From an uncultured delta proteobacterium (GTDB taxonomy: Bacteria; Desulfobacterota; Binatia; UBA9968), in NCBI GenBank assembly GCA_963745835.1, contig CAVUZH010000025.1, forward strand, positions 1-64,000: a stretch of DNA of 64,000 nucleotides, given 5' to 3'. The notes below the pieces were generated by a model. That model was not told where the DNA came from. It did no database searches and saw nothing but the letters and a program-made list of their open reading frames with translations. The stretch's first letter is position 1. Every line of letters begins with the position of its first letter. Shown here one piece after another: positions 18,638 to 29,400 of this stretch. The translations under genes and the position numbers were made by a program.

Positions 18638-21600
18638 GCTTCTCAGAGTTATTCATTCGCCGGCCGGTCATGACCATGGTCTTGACCGTGTCGGTGGTTC
18701 TCTTTGGAATTCTCAGTTACCTGCGCCTTCCGGTCAACGATTTGCCGGCAGTGGATTATCCCGTCATCCAGGTTCAAGCGAACTATCCGGGCGCTAGCCC
18801 CGATACCGTGGCGAATAGCATCGCTACGCCTCTCGAGCGCCAGTTCATGCAGATCAACGGGCTCGAGCTGGTGATTTCGAAGAGCACCCAGGGACATACC
18901 AGCTTGACTTTGCAATTTGCGTTGGAAAAAAGCGTCGATGTAGCGGCCACCGACGTCCAAACGGCAATTTCACAGGCTACCGGCAGTTTACCGGTGGATC
19001 TACCTTCGCCGCCGACATACTCCAAGACCAATCCTAACGATCAACCGATCATGTATATTGCGTTGACCAGCGATTCCGTCACGGTGGGTCAGCTCTACGA
19101 CTATGCCAGCACTCAAGTAGGCCAGCGCATTAGCATCCTGCCGGGGGTCAGCCGGGTCAATGTTTTTGGCGCCAAGTCGGCAGTGCGCATCAAGGCCGAC
19201 CCGTCCGCCATGTGGGCCCGCGGCATCTCCGTTGAAGATCTCGCAGAAGCGATTCGCAACGGCACCAGCACCATCGGCGCGGGGCAATTCGACGGCTCTG
19301 GCGGAACGTTACTGCTTCGCCCGCAAGGTCAATTGGATGATGCCAAAGAGTATGGCGATCTAATCGTCAGCAGCAAGAACGGCTCGCCGGTTTATTTGCG
19401 CGATGTCGCCCAGGTAAAAAATTCGGTCCAGGATGAGCGCATCAACATGCGCTTCTGGGTGCGCGGCTATGATCCGCCCGCAGCCACGGTAATTGTCGCG
19501 GTTAACCGCAAGGCGGGAGCCAATGCGGTGGAAGTCGCTCAAAGCGTTCGCCAGCTGTTGCCGCTGATCAGCACCGAGCTGCCGGGATCCGTGAGGGTGA
19601 CTCCGATCTATGATCGGTCCCAGACGATCATTCACTCCATTCTCGACGTGCAGTTGACCTTGGCTATCGCATTCGCGCTGGTGGTGATTGTCATATTTGT
19701 CTTTCTCGGCCGCGCCACCGACACTTTGATACCCGCGGTGGCTTTGCCGTTGTCGTTGCTGATCACGTTCGTGGTCATGGACCTGCTGGAATTCAGTCTG
19801 GATAATCTATCGCTCATGGCCCTCACCTTGGCGATTGGCTTTCTGGTCGACGATGCCATCGTTTTTCTCGAAAATACGGTACGCCGGATGGAACACGGCC
19901 AAAAAGCTCTCGAAGCAACCATCGCCAGCGCTCGAGAGATCAGCTTCACAATCATCTCGATGACCATTTCGCTTGCCGCGGTTTTCATCCCGCTGGTCTT
20001 CATGCCTGGACTAGTCGGACGGATCTTTCGCGAATTCGCCGTCACAATTGTCGTCGCCATCATCGCCTCGGGCTTGGTGTCGCTGACTTTGACCCCGCTG
20101 ATGTGCGCTCGGATGTTAAGCGACCGCGGCCAAAGTTCCAAGCAAACGTGGATGGAAGCGAAGATGAGCGCTTGGGAAAAAAGTTTTCTCGATCGCTATA
20201 GCCGGGCTCTCTGGTGGTTTCTGCGTTTTCGCTGGGTCTCAGCGCTGATTTGGGTCATGTGCCTGGCAGGTACGGTTTGGCTTTTTATCCTCGTTCCCAA
20301 AGCTTTTCTGCCGCCTGGAGACAGCAGCTTTATATTCGGGTTGATGATCGGCCGCGAAGGCTCGTCGCCAGGGCAAATGCACCAGCTTCAGAACCAGGCC
20401 GATGAAATTCTCCGCGCCGACCCCGGTGTCCGAGCCACTTTTACCATGACGGGTAACGGTCAGTTTCTCGCCTCGAACCAGGGCCTGCTCCTGGCGTTTC
20501 TTGAAGAACCCGGCAATCGCGCGCCGATCGAATCTGTAGCCGGCGGGTTAATGGGCAAACTGGCGATGGTGCCGGGAGTGATGCCGTTTATGCGGCCGCG
20601 CCCGGTGCTCGAGATCAGTACCGGCGCAACTAACCAAAATCAGGGGCAGTACGCATTCTCGCTCTCCGGGGTGAACCCCAAGCAAGTTTACGATGTCGCC
20701 GGCAAACTGATGGAACGTTTGCGGCCTTATCCGGGCTTCGCCAGTTTATCTTCCGATTATTTCAACAACACGCCGAATCTGGACATTGAGATCAAACGCG
20801 AACAGGCGCGGTTGCACGGAGTCTCAGAGGCGCGCATTCTTCAGTTGCTGCGCAGTGCCTACGCACAAAACTATCTTTATCTAATCAAAAAGCCGGAAGA
20901 TCAGTATCAGGTCATTCTGGAAGCCGAGGATGCGGCTCGCTCTGAAGCGCAAGATTTATCCTTGCTGCACATTAAATCCGACGACGGCAAAAAGCTTGTG
21001 CCACTGAACACGTTGGTCACCTGGAAAGAATCGCTCGGCCCGCAGGCGGTGAATCACCTCAATCAGTTCACGAGTGTCACCCTGTTCTTCAATCTCAAAC
21101 CCGGAGTCGCAGTCGGCGAAGCTACAGATTTCATCACCAAGGCGGCGGCAGAAATTGTGCCACCTACTGTCCGCGCCAGCCTACAAGGTGAAGCGCAAAC
21201 TTTTCAGGATACCGTGCGACATCTAACCCTGTTAATGGCCCTGGCGGTCTTTGTCATGTATGTAATCCTGGCAATTCTTTATGAAAGCTACTTGCATCCT
21301 CTAACCGTTTTATCCACTTTGCCTACCGCATTGGTGGGAGGTCTGTTAACCCTGTGGCTTTTTGGCGAACAAGCATCGCTCTATGCGTTTGTCGGCATGT
21401 TTATGTTGATGGGCATCGTTAAAAAGAACGGCATCTTGATCGTTGATTTCGCTATCCATCGAGTTATGGCCGGCGAACGGGCCGACCAAGCGATTCACGA
21501 TGCCAGCCTGGACCGTTTCCGTCCTATTCTGATGACGACCCTCGCCGCGGTATTCGGCGCGTTGCCGATTGCCTTGGGCATCGGCGCCGACGGCGCCTCG

Positions 21601-21780
21601 CGCCGGTCGCTGGGTCTTGTGATTGTTGGTGGGCTGGTCGTTTCTCAATTCATCACCTTGTTCATCACTCCAGTGATTTACCTCTACCTCGAGCAATTTC
21701 AAGAAAAGGTGCTCGACCGGACCTCGTTCTTTCGATCGCACCGAACCACCTCGACGTTGGCGCCTGGCGTAGACGGATAA
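18634..21780 (+). CDS. RND efflux permease (MdtB/MdtC-like)
   Basis: 1048 aa; FIRRPV, GFLVDDAIV, GIVKKNGI, RFRPILMTT. Confidence 0.95.
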   Translation: MSFSELFIRRPVMTMVLTVSVVLFGILSYLRLPVNDLPAVDYPVIQVQANYPGASPDTVANSIATPLERQFMQINGLELVISKSTQGHTSLTLQFALEKSVDVAATDVQTAISQATGSLPVDLPSPPTYSKTNPNDQPIMYIALTSDSVTVGQLYDYASTQVGQRISILPGVSRVNVFGAKSAVRIKADPSAMWARGISVEDLAEAIRNGTSTIGAGQFDGSGGTLLLRPQGQLDDAKEYGDLIVSSKNGSPVYLRDVAQVKNSVQDERINMRFWVRGYDPPAATVIVAVNRKAGANAVEVAQSVRQLLPLISTELPGSVRVTPIYDRSQTIIHSILDVQLTLAIAFALVVIVIFVFLGRATDTLIPAVALPLSLLITFVVMDLLEFSLDNLSLMALTLAIGFLVDDAIVFLENTVRRMEHGQKALEATIASAREISFTIISMTISLAAVFIPLVFMPGLVGRIFREFAVTIVVAIIASGLVSLTLTPLMCARMLSDRGQSSKQTWMEAKMSAWEKSFLDRYSRALWWFLRFRWVSALIWVMCLAGTVWLFILVPKAFLPPGDSSFIFGLMIGREGSSPGQMHQLQNQADEILRADPGVRATFTMTGNGQFLASNQGLLLAFLEEPGNRAPIESVAGGLMGKLAMVPGVMPFMRPRPVLEISTGATNQNQGQYAFSLSGVNPKQVYDVAGKLMERLRPYPGFASLSSDYFNNTPNLDIEIKREQARLHGVSEARILQLLRSAYAQNYLYLIKKPEDQYQVILEAEDAARSEAQDLSLLHIKSDDGKKLVPLNTLVTWKESLGPQAVNHLNQFTSVTLFFNLKPGVAVGEATDFITKAAAEIVPPTVRASLQGEAQTFQDTVRHLTLLMALAVFVMYVILAILYESYLHPLTVLSTLPTALVGGLLTLWLFGEQASLYAFVGMFMLMGIVKKNGILIVDFAIHRVMAGERADQAIHDASLDRFRPILMTTLAAVFGALPIALGIGADGASRRSLGLVIVGGLVVSQFITLFITPVIYLYLEQFQEKVLDRTSFFRSHRTTSTLAPGVDG

Positions 21781-21896
21781 TCGATTGGACGAGGAGATAC
21801 AGATTCCCGGCACCTGACGTTCCAACGATCGAGATTCCGTTATTGTCGCGTGTCGCTGCTCTTCTCCAGGAGCTGCATCTGTCCTTGCTGCGACAC

Positions 21897-21926
21897 AGGA
21901 AACTAATTATACTAATCTAGTTTCCT
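21897..21926 (+). promoter_or_regulatory. Palindromic operator upstream of the second tetR
   Basis: AGGAAACTA-N12-TAGTTTCCT. Confidence 0.65.
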
Positions 21927-21935
21927 TGGTACTTT

Positions 21936-22574
21936 ATGGCCGTCCCTTCGTCTCGAACCCGAAAGGGCACCCTCATTCCACCGCACGACGATGATTCCGC
22001 TGCGCGGATCATCGCCATCGCGCGGCAACATTTTTTTGCCCACGGTTTTCGCGGCGTCACCATGGACGATCTAGCCGGGGAATTGGGGATGAGCAAGAAA
22101 ACCCTGTACGCCTCTTTTCCGACCAAGACCGATCTGTTACGAGCCGTGCTTCTGGACAAATTTCGCAGGGTCGAAGTCGATCTTCAACGCATAGCCGCCG
22201 GTTTTTCCAACGACATGCTGGATTCACTGCGTCAACTGCTGGCATGCCTGCAGCGTCATACCGAAGAAATACAACCGCCGTTCGTCCGCGATATCAGGCG
22301 TGAAGCTCCGCAAATGTTCGAGTTGGTGCAAACCCGACGACGTCAGGTAATTCAAACTTATTTTGGTTCTTTACTGGACGAATGCCGTAAAGCCGGAATC
22401 GTTCGCAAGGATGTTTCGACTCGCCTTATCATCGAAATTCTTCTCGGCGCAACCGAGGCGATTATGAATCCCGCGAGAATGGCCGAGCTCGGTCTAACCC
22501 CTAGGACGGGATATTCGACGATCATCAATGTGGTTTTCGAAGGTGTATTGACTGAAAAGGGGCGCAGACGATGA
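21936..22574 (+). CDS. TetR/AcrR family regulator
   Basis: GFRGVTMDDLAGELGMSKKTLYASF HTH. Confidence 0.92.
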   Translation: MAVPSSRTRKGTLIPPHDDDSAARIIAIARQHFFAHGFRGVTMDDLAGELGMSKKTLYASFPTKTDLLRAVLLDKFRRVEVDLQRIAAGFSNDMLDSLRQLLACLQRHTEEIQPPFVRDIRREAPQMFELVQTRRRQVIQTYFGSLLDECRKAGIVRKDVSTRLIIEILLGATEAIMNPARMAELGLTPRTGYSTIINVVFEGVLTEKGRRR

Positions 22575-22608
22575 CACGCGATGCGGACAGCGTGAGCAGC
22601 GGTTGTAC

Positions 22609-23634
22609 ATGAAACGGCGTTTTTTGATCGGCGGACTGATAGCCGTGAGCCTCATTGCCGCAGTCGCAGCCTGGCGGCTGATGCAACGCGAGAGTGCTGC
22701 AACGCATCTGACGCTTTATGGCGATATCGATCTGCGGCAGGTACAGCTTTCTTTCAACAACAGCGAACGTATCGCCGCTGTTTTGGTTCAGGAAGGCGAC
22801 CGTATCAGGCAGGGTCAGCTGCTGGCGCGGCTCGATACCGCAAGATTGGAGCCGCAACTGGCCCAGGCCGAGGCGCAAGCCGCGGCGCAGCTGCAGGTCG
22901 TGAAGCGACTGCGCAGCGGCAGCCGTCCTGAGGAGATCGCCCAGGCGCGGGCGAACCTGCAAGCCGCGCAGGCTGATTTGACCAACGCGCGGCACCAGTA
23001 TGAGCGTTGGAAGAGCGCAGCCGAAATCTCTGCCGGCCGTGCAGTGCGCCAACAGGACGTCGACAATGCAAGAACGGCGGTACAACTTGCTGAAGCAAAA
23101 TTGGCGGTGGTTCAGAAAACGTTGGATTTGGCGATAGCCGGGCCACGCCAGGAAGAAATAAGCGAGAATGAGGCACGGCTAAAAGCATTCGAGGCGCACG
23201 CGAGTGTGCTGCGCCAGCAACTGAAAGACGCCCAACTGATCGCTCCCGTGGACGCGGTGATTCGCACCCGATTGATGGAGCCAGGAGAGATGGCTTCGCC
23301 GCAGCGGCCGGTGTTTGCGCTGGCGATTACGGATCCAAAGTGGGTCCGCGCCTTCATCTCTGAGCCGGACCTTGGAAAAATCAAACCGGGCATGGCCGCC
23401 GCTATTGTAGTGGATAGCTTTGCCGGTCGCCGGTTCGACGGCTGGATCGGATTCATTTCGCCGGTCGCTGAATTCACGCCAAAAACAGTGCAGACCGAGG
23501 AACTGCGAACCAGCCTGGTATATGAGGTGCGCGTGTTTGTGAAAGATCCTGACGATGAACTGCGATTGGGAATGCCAGCGAGCGTTTATGTCAGACCAGA
23601 AGACGTCACGGCGAGCGGGAGAGGGGAGAGCTGA
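22609..23634 (+). CDS. HlyD family adaptor (YbhG-like)
   Basis: LYGDIDLRQV, SPVAEFTPKTVQTEELRTSLVY. Confidence 0.9.
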   Translation: MKRRFLIGGLIAVSLIAAVAAWRLMQRESAATHLTLYGDIDLRQVQLSFNNSERIAAVLVQEGDRIRQGQLLARLDTARLEPQLAQAEAQAAAQLQVVKRLRSGSRPEEIAQARANLQAAQADLTNARHQYERWKSAAEISAGRAVRQQDVDNARTAVQLAEAKLAVVQKTLDLAIAGPRQEEISENEARLKAFEAHASVLRQQLKDAQLIAPVDAVIRTRLMEPGEMASPQRPVFALAITDPKWVRAFISEPDLGKIKPGMAAAIVVDSFAGRRFDGWIGFISPVAEFTPKTVQTEELRTSLVYEVRVFVKDPDDELRLGMPASVYVRPEDVTASGRGES

Positions 23635-23639
23635 GCGCC

Positions 23640-25613
23640 GTGAATCCGAGCGTCTTGATCGGCCACGACATTCGCAAGACTTTCCGCCGCGACAGCGGTG
23701 AAAAAGTTGAGGCACTGAACGGCGTTTCAATCGAGGTGGCTCATGGCACGTTGACGGCGCTGGTGGGACCCGATGGGGCAGGGAAAACTACCCTGATCCG
23801 ACTCGCCGCCGGCTTGATGCGGCCCGACGGCGGCGATCTAAAAGTACTCGGCATCGATGTCACTTCCGAGCCGCAACGCGTGCAAGATCGGATCGGCTAT
23901 ATGCCGCAAAGATTCGGCTTGTACGAAGATCTAACCGTTCAGGAAAATCTCGATCTCTATGCCGACTTACACGGCGTCTCCATGAAAGAACGGCGCCAGC
24001 GCTACCCGAGTTTGATGGAGATGACCGCGCTGGAGCCTTTCACTGGGCGATTAGCCGGACGGTTGTCCGGCGGCATGAAGCAGAAACTGGGGCTGGCGTG
24101 CACACTGGTGCGCGCGCCGGAGTTACTGTTGCTGGACGAACCGACAGTCGGTGTGGACCCGCTTTCGCGTCGTGAGTTGTGGAACATCATTCTGCAACTG
24201 GTCAACCGGCAAAGCATGACAGTATTGCTGAGCACTTCCTATCTCGACGAGGCCGAACGCTGCGGGCAGGTGGCAGTGATGCATCAAGGCAACATTCTTT
24301 TGCAAGGTCATCCGCATGAGATCAGCTCATTAGCTCAAGGCCGCGTATTTCTTGCCGAACCACCGGCGGGCCAGAAGGCCAGAGAATATCAAGCTCGGCT
24401 GTTAGACAAGCGGGAAGTGGTGGATGCCGTCCCCGAGGGCGGACGGGTCCGGGTCGTTACAGAAAACCGGAAGAATGAAAGCGGAACCTTGAAAGAAGCC
24501 GTTCAGATCCGAGGAAGAGGAGACAAGGAGACCGAGAGACAAGGAGGTCCCGATTACTTAGACGGCATAGCTATTTCAGCGCAGCCGCGATTCGAAGATG
24601 GCTTTATGGTGCTGCTTAAAACAGGCAAGGAGATCGGGAGACCAGAAGACACGGAAAACAGGCATGACGACAGGGAGGCATGGAGACAAGGAGACCAGGA
24701 ATCGGTGCCGGGCGCTTCCTCTGCTCCGAATCGTCCCCCTTTCTTGTCTCCTAGTCTCAATGTCTCCTTGCCTGAATCACCCGATCACCCGCGCTCTATG
24801 ACTCCCAGTCTCACAGTCTCCCAGTCTCCGAATGTGGCGGTCGTTCAGGTTCAAAATCTGGTCCGTCGCTTCGGAAAATTTGTCGCCGTCGATCATGTCA
24901 CATTCGAGGTTCAGCGCGGTGAAATTTTCGGACTACTGGGTCCTAATGGGGCGGGCAAGACCACAACCTTTCGCATGCTCTGTGGTTTATTGCCGGCAAG
25001 CGAGGGAACGTTGCGCGTAGCGGGAGCGGATCTGCGCCGCGCCCGGGCCTCGGCGCGCCAGCATATCGGCTATGTCGCGCAAAAATTCTCCCTTTATGGC
25101 CAGCTCTCGGTCAGCGAAAACTTGGAGTTTTTTGCCAGGGCTTATAACCTGCGCGGCACGCAAAAAGATCGGCGCATCGATTGGGCTCTGCAACACTTCC
25201 AGCTATCAGCCATGGCAAACCTGTCAAGCGGCAATCTCCCCGGCGGTTTTAAGCAGCGTTTGGCGATGGCGGCGGCGCTGCTGCATGAGCCAGAAACGCT
25301 TTTTCTCGACGAGCCGACCAGTGGCGCAGATCCTTTGGCCCGGCGCGATTTCTGGCGGCGCATCACCGCGCTCTCCCAAGTAGGAGTGACGGTGGTGATC
25401 ACGACCCATTTCATGGAAGAAGCCGAATACTGTGATCGCATCGCAATTCTAGACGCCGGCAGAATACTCGCGCAGGGTACGCCCGCGGCAATTCGCGGTC
25501 AGGCGAGTCGAGGACCGGGAAGCGAGCCGACCATGGAGGATGCGTTTATAGCGGTGGTCGAACAGGCACGCGCAAAACAGGCGCAAACCGCTGCCGCGAA
25601 GGGTGCGGCATGA
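23640..25613 (+). CDS. ABC ATPase with two nucleotide-binding domains (YbhF-like) and an expanded linker
   Basis: Two Walker A motifs (GPDGAGKT, GPNGAGKT), LSGGMKQ and two DEPT motifs. Confidence 0.92.
   Translation: MNPSVLIGHDIRKTFRRDSGEKVEALNGVSIEVAHGTLTALVGPDGAGKTTLIRLAAGLMRPDGGDLKVLGIDVTSEPQRVQDRIGYMPQRFGLYEDLTVQENLDLYADLHGVSMKERRQRYPSLMEMTALEPFTGRLAGRLSGGMKQKLGLACTLVRAPELLLLDEPTVGVDPLSRRELWNIILQLVNRQSMTVLLSTSYLDEAERCGQVAVMHQGNILLQGHPHEISSLAQGRVFLAEPPAGQKAREYQARLLDKREVVDAVPEGGRVRVVTENRKNESGTLKEAVQIRGRGDKETERQGGPDYLDGIAISAQPRFEDGFMVLLKTGKEIGRPEDTENRHDDREAWRQGDQESVPGASSAPNRPPFLSPSLNVSLPESPDHPRSMTPSLTVSQSPNVAVVQVQNLVRRFGKFVAVDHVTFEVQRGEIFGLLGPNGAGKTTTFRMLCGLLPASEGTLRVAGADLRRARASARQHIGYVAQKFSLYGQLSVSENLEFFARAYNLRGTQKDRRIDWALQHFQLSAMANLSSGNLPGGFKQRLAMAAALLHEPETLFLDEPTSGADPLARRDFWRRITALSQVGVTVVITTHFMEEAEYCDRIAILDAGRILAQGTPAAIRGQASRGPGSEPTMEDAFIAVVEQARAKQAQTAAAKGAA
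24511..24830. repeat. Degenerate octamer tandem repeats (GGAGACAA, then the complementary GTCTCCxA) inside the ATPase gene
   Basis: ggagacaaggagaccgagagacaaggag and ggagacaaggagaccagg, followed by ttgtctcctagtctc and cagtctcacagtctcccagtctcc. Confidence 0.7.
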
Positions 25614-26734
25614 CGGCAAGTTTTAGTTCGCGGCGCATCGGCGCCTTGGTGCGAAAGGAGGCGAAACAGATGCTGCGCGATCCAAGCAGCATCGCCATCG
25701 GCATCATTATGCCGGTGCTGCTCATTTTGCTCTTTGGCTATGGATTATCTCTCGACGTAACCAAAGTGCCGGTGGCGGTTGTTCTGGAAGATTCATCGCC
25801 GGACGCGACGGAATTAGCCGCCGGCTTTCAACTGTCGCCCTATTTCGAGCCGGTATTGCTGACGTCAATGGCTAAGGCCGAAGAGCTCATGTTGGCTCGG
25901 AAGGTGGACGGCATCATCCGCATTCGACCTGACTTCGCTCGCACTCTGACTGCTGGCGGCGCCGAAGTGCAAATACTCGTTCACGGGGTTGATGCCAACC
26001 GCGCACGCATCATTCAAAATTATGCCCAAGGGGCGGTTGGCCAATGGACTGCGCGGCGAGCGGCTCGAGGAATCGAAGTGGTTGCTGGTCCGGTGACGGT
26101 GCAAAGCCGCATGTGGTTCAACGAGGCCAACGAAAGCCGCTATTTCCTGGTGCCGGGATTGATCGTTTTGATCATGACCTTGATCGGCGCCTTGCTCACC
26201 ACGCTGGTAATGGCCCGTGAATGGGAACGCGGCACACTGGAGGCGTTGTTCGTGACCCCGGTCCGGACCGATGAAATCTTGCTTGGCAAAACGATTCCAT
26301 ATTTCATTCTAGGCATGATCGGCCTGGTGCTCTGTCTGCTCGCCGCCAAGTTTCTGTTCGCCGTTCCGTTTCGCGGTTCGGTAACGGTCCTCGCCGGCGC
26401 ATCCATGCTTTACCTGCTGGTGGCTCTCGGTATCGGTCTGCTGATCTCTTCGGCGGTGAAAAACCAGTTCGTTGCCAGTCAGATCACCTTGCTAGTTTCG
26501 TTTCTGCCGGCGGTCATGCTGTCGGGATTTCTCTTCGACCTGCGCAGTATGCCGGAGTTGGTCCGGACGATCACTTACGTGCTGCCGGCGCGTTATTACG
26601 TGGCCTTACTCCAGACGATTTTTCTCGCCGGAGATATTTGGCCTGTGATTATTCCCAACGCTCTGGTGCTCGCTGCAATGGCCGTGGTGCTGGTTATTTT
26701 CACAAGAAGGGTCACTACGAAGAGGCTTGCTTAA
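25610..26734 (+). CDS. ABC-2 permease (YbhS-like)
   Basis: AREWERGTLEALFVTP. Confidence 0.9.
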   Translation: MTASFSSRRIGALVRKEAKQMLRDPSSIAIGIIMPVLLILLFGYGLSLDVTKVPVAVVLEDSSPDATELAAGFQLSPYFEPVLLTSMAKAEELMLARKVDGIIRIRPDFARTLTAGGAEVQILVHGVDANRARIIQNYAQGAVGQWTARRAARGIEVVAGPVTVQSRMWFNEANESRYFLVPGLIVLIMTLIGALLTTLVMAREWERGTLEALFVTPVRTDEILLGKTIPYFILGMIGLVLCLLAAKFLFAVPFRGSVTVLAGASMLYLLVALGIGLLISSAVKNQFVASQITLLVSFLPAVMLSGFLFDLRSMPELVRTITYVLPARYYVALLQTIFLAGDIWPVIIPNALVLAAMAVVLVIFTRRVTTKRLA

Positions 26735-26740
26735 TACACC

Positions 26741-27859
26741 ATGCTTGACACCCTGTACCGCATACTCGCTCTAACCCGCAAGGAGTTGTTGGCGATTCTC
26801 AAAGATCCACGCAGCCGTTTTAGTCTTATTCTGCCACCGATTTTGCAGTGCCTGATTTATGGCTATGTGGCGACTTATGACTTAAATCATGTTCCCTATG
26901 CCGCGTTCGATCACGATCGCAGCGCGGCGTCGCAACAACTGCTAGCAAGAATAGACGGCTCGGGAGTTTTCCAGCGAGTAGGCAATCTCGACCGCGATCT
27001 CGACGTGAAGACTATCATCGATCAGCGGCGCGCTTTGCTGGTCATTCGTATCGATCGCGATTTCGAGCGACGCTTGCTCTCAGGTATGCCGGCGACCGTG
27101 CAAGTCATTGCCGACGGGCGCAACTCCAATACAGCCGGCACAGCGATGGGCTACGTTGATGCCATTGTCAACGCGTTCAACGCCGATTGGCGCAAGCGCC
27201 GTGGCCAAGGTGGAGCGCCGATCCGGGTCACTACCCGGGCTTGGTACAACCCGAATCTCGAGACTCGCTGGCACATGATTCCAGCTCTGATCGGCACTTT
27301 GACATTGATTCAGACGCTGCTTCTAACCGGCTTGTCAGTGGCGCGCGAGCGCGAGCAGGGGACCTTTGATCAGTTGCTGGTGACGCCGTTTCGGCCGGCG
27401 GAGATTATGGCGGGTAAGGCGCTGCCCGCAGTAGTCGTTGGAATCGTCCAGGCCACTATGGTTTTGCTGGTGGCGCAACTCTGGTTTCAGATCCCGTTCG
27501 CGGGCTCGTTTGTTACGCTTTATGTGGGTCTCGGCGTTTTTCTGCTTGCGGCGATCGGTATCGGGCTGCTGCTATCGTCCCTGGCCGCGACCATGCAGCA
27601 GGCGATGCTGTTTTCTTTTCTTCTGATCATGCCCTTTTCATTGTTATCAGGGTTGACCACTCCGATCAGCAGTATGCCGATGGTTCTGCAGTACCTGACC
27701 CTGCTTAACCCACTGCGTTATGCCATCGATATTGCTCATCGGGTCTATCTCGAGGGAGTAGGCCTGAATTTTTTAATACCTGAGCTTTGGCCCCTGGCGC
27801 TCATGGCCGCAGTCACGCTCTCGGCAGCGTCATGGATGTTTCGCCATCGGCTAACCTAA
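26741..27859 (+). CDS. ABC-2 permease (YbhR-like)
   Basis: AREREQGTFDQLLVTP. Confidence 0.9.
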   Translation: MLDTLYRILALTRKELLAILKDPRSRFSLILPPILQCLIYGYVATYDLNHVPYAAFDHDRSAASQQLLARIDGSGVFQRVGNLDRDLDVKTIIDQRRALLVIRIDRDFERRLLSGMPATVQVIADGRNSNTAGTAMGYVDAIVNAFNADWRKRRGQGGAPIRVTTRAWYNPNLETRWHMIPALIGTLTLIQTLLLTGLSVAREREQGTFDQLLVTPFRPAEIMAGKALPAVVVGIVQATMVLLVAQLWFQIPFAGSFVTLYVGLGVFLLAAIGIGLLLSSLAATMQQAMLFSFLLIMPFSLLSGLTTPISSMPMVLQYLTLLNPLRYAIDIAHRVYLEGVGLNFLIPELWPLALMAAVTLSAASWMFRHRLT

Positions 27860-27899
27860 ACAGAGACATGCAAGCAATACTCAGATCAAGGACAATCTA

Positions 27900-29342
27900 A
27901 TGAGCCTCAGTAAATTCGCAAGTAATTCTCGTGCCGTCTGGGCAGTGATGATTCTGGTGGCGGGATGCTCCGTCGGCCCAAATTATAAGCCGCCGGAGAT
28001 CTCAGTTCCGGCAAGCTGGAATGAAGCGCAGCAATCCGACTTCGACACCGGGCCTGCGCCACTGAAGGATTGGTGGACGGAGTTCAACGATCCATTGCTC
28101 AATACGCTGGTGGAACGAGCCGTGCAGTCAAACCTGGATATTCGTCTGACTGAGGCGCGCATCCGTGAGTCGCGGGCGCTCAGGGCAGTCACGGCAGCGG
28201 ATGCGTGGCCGGGTTTGGACGCTGCGGGTTCTTACAGGCGAAGCCGCTCGAGTGAGAACGCGTTTGTTTCCGGCGGAGACGGCGACGCCTTTTTAGGCGG
28301 CAATGGCGGAGGCGATCTCTTCAGGGCCGGTTTCGACGCCAGCTGGGAAGTCGACATCTTTGGCGGCGTCCGCCGAAGGGTGGAAGCGGCCGATGCCAAT
28401 GTCGAGGCTTCGGTCGAAGAGCGGCGCAATGCGTTGGTAACGTTGCTGGGTGATGTCGCCAGAAATTACATCGAGGTGCGTGGGTTCCAACGTCGCCTGG
28501 CAGTGGCGCGATCCAATCTTCAGGCACAGCAAGAAACGTTGGATCTGACGAAAGTGCGGTTTGAAGCCGGACTCTCGAGCGACTTCGAGGTGGCGCAGGC
28601 CGAAGGCCAGGCGAACACAACCTCGGCGCAGATCCCAGCGCTCGAAAGCGCGCTCAAGGGAAGCGTGCATCGTCTCGACGTGCTGCTCGGCCAACAACCG
28701 GGCGCGCTATGGGCGGAACTCAGCAATGAGGCGCCGGTCCCGGCATTGCCGCCTCAGGCGCATGTCGGTATGCCTGCCGAGCTCCTCAGGAGGAGGCCGG
28801 ATATCCGGCGCGCCGAGCGAGTCTTAGCCTCTACGACCGCGCAAGTCGGCGCTGCAACGGCTGATCTGTATCCGAGATTTTCATTGACTGGAGCTTTTGG
28901 CTTCCAGAGTATCAGCGCAAGCGACTTGATCTCCGCTCCGAGCCGTTTCTGGTCGATCGGGCCGAGGATTTTCTGGCCGGTTTTCGATGCCGGCAGGATT
29001 CGCGCCAACATCGCGGTGCGCAACGCCCAGCAGGAGCAAGCTCTGACGTTGTATGAGAAAACTGTTCTGACGGCGTTCGAGGATGTGGAAAATTCTCTGG
29101 TGAACTACGCCAAAGAACAAACCCGCTATCGCGCTTTGATGGATGCGGTGGCCGCTAATCGCCGCGCTGTGCAGATGGCTAACGAGCTTTATACCAGAGG
29201 TCTAGTCGATTTCCTCAATGTGCTGGAAACGCAGCGCTCGCTGTATGCGTCCGAAAGCGAGCTCGCCCAAAGCGAAACGGTCATGGCGTCGAATCTGGTT
29301 GCCCTGTATAAAGCGCTGGGCGGCGGTTGGGAGACGGACTAA
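27900..29342 (+). CDS. Outer-membrane efflux lipoprotein (NodT/OprM family)
   Basis: VAGCSVGPNY lipobox, WWTEFNDPLL, ELLRRRPDI, LYKALGGGW. Confidence 0.93.
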   Translation: MSLSKFASNSRAVWAVMILVAGCSVGPNYKPPEISVPASWNEAQQSDFDTGPAPLKDWWTEFNDPLLNTLVERAVQSNLDIRLTEARIRESRALRAVTAADAWPGLDAAGSYRRSRSSENAFVSGGDGDAFLGGNGGGDLFRAGFDASWEVDIFGGVRRRVEAADANVEASVEERRNALVTLLGDVARNYIEVRGFQRRLAVARSNLQAQQETLDLTKVRFEAGLSSDFEVAQAEGQANTTSAQIPALESALKGSVHRLDVLLGQQPGALWAELSNEAPVPALPPQAHVGMPAELLRRRPDIRRAERVLASTTAQVGAATADLYPRFSLTGAFGFQSISASDLISAPSRFWSIGPRIFWPVFDAGRIRANIAVRNAQQEQALTLYEKTVLTAFEDVENSLVNYAKEQTRYRALMDAVAANRRAVQMANELYTRGLVDFLNVLETQRSLYASESELAQSETVMASNLVALYKALGGGWETD

Positions 29343-29400
29343 GACAAGTATAAAAAGATGAAAGCGGAAAGATGAAACGTCGCCCGGCTCGCGCTGGTCA

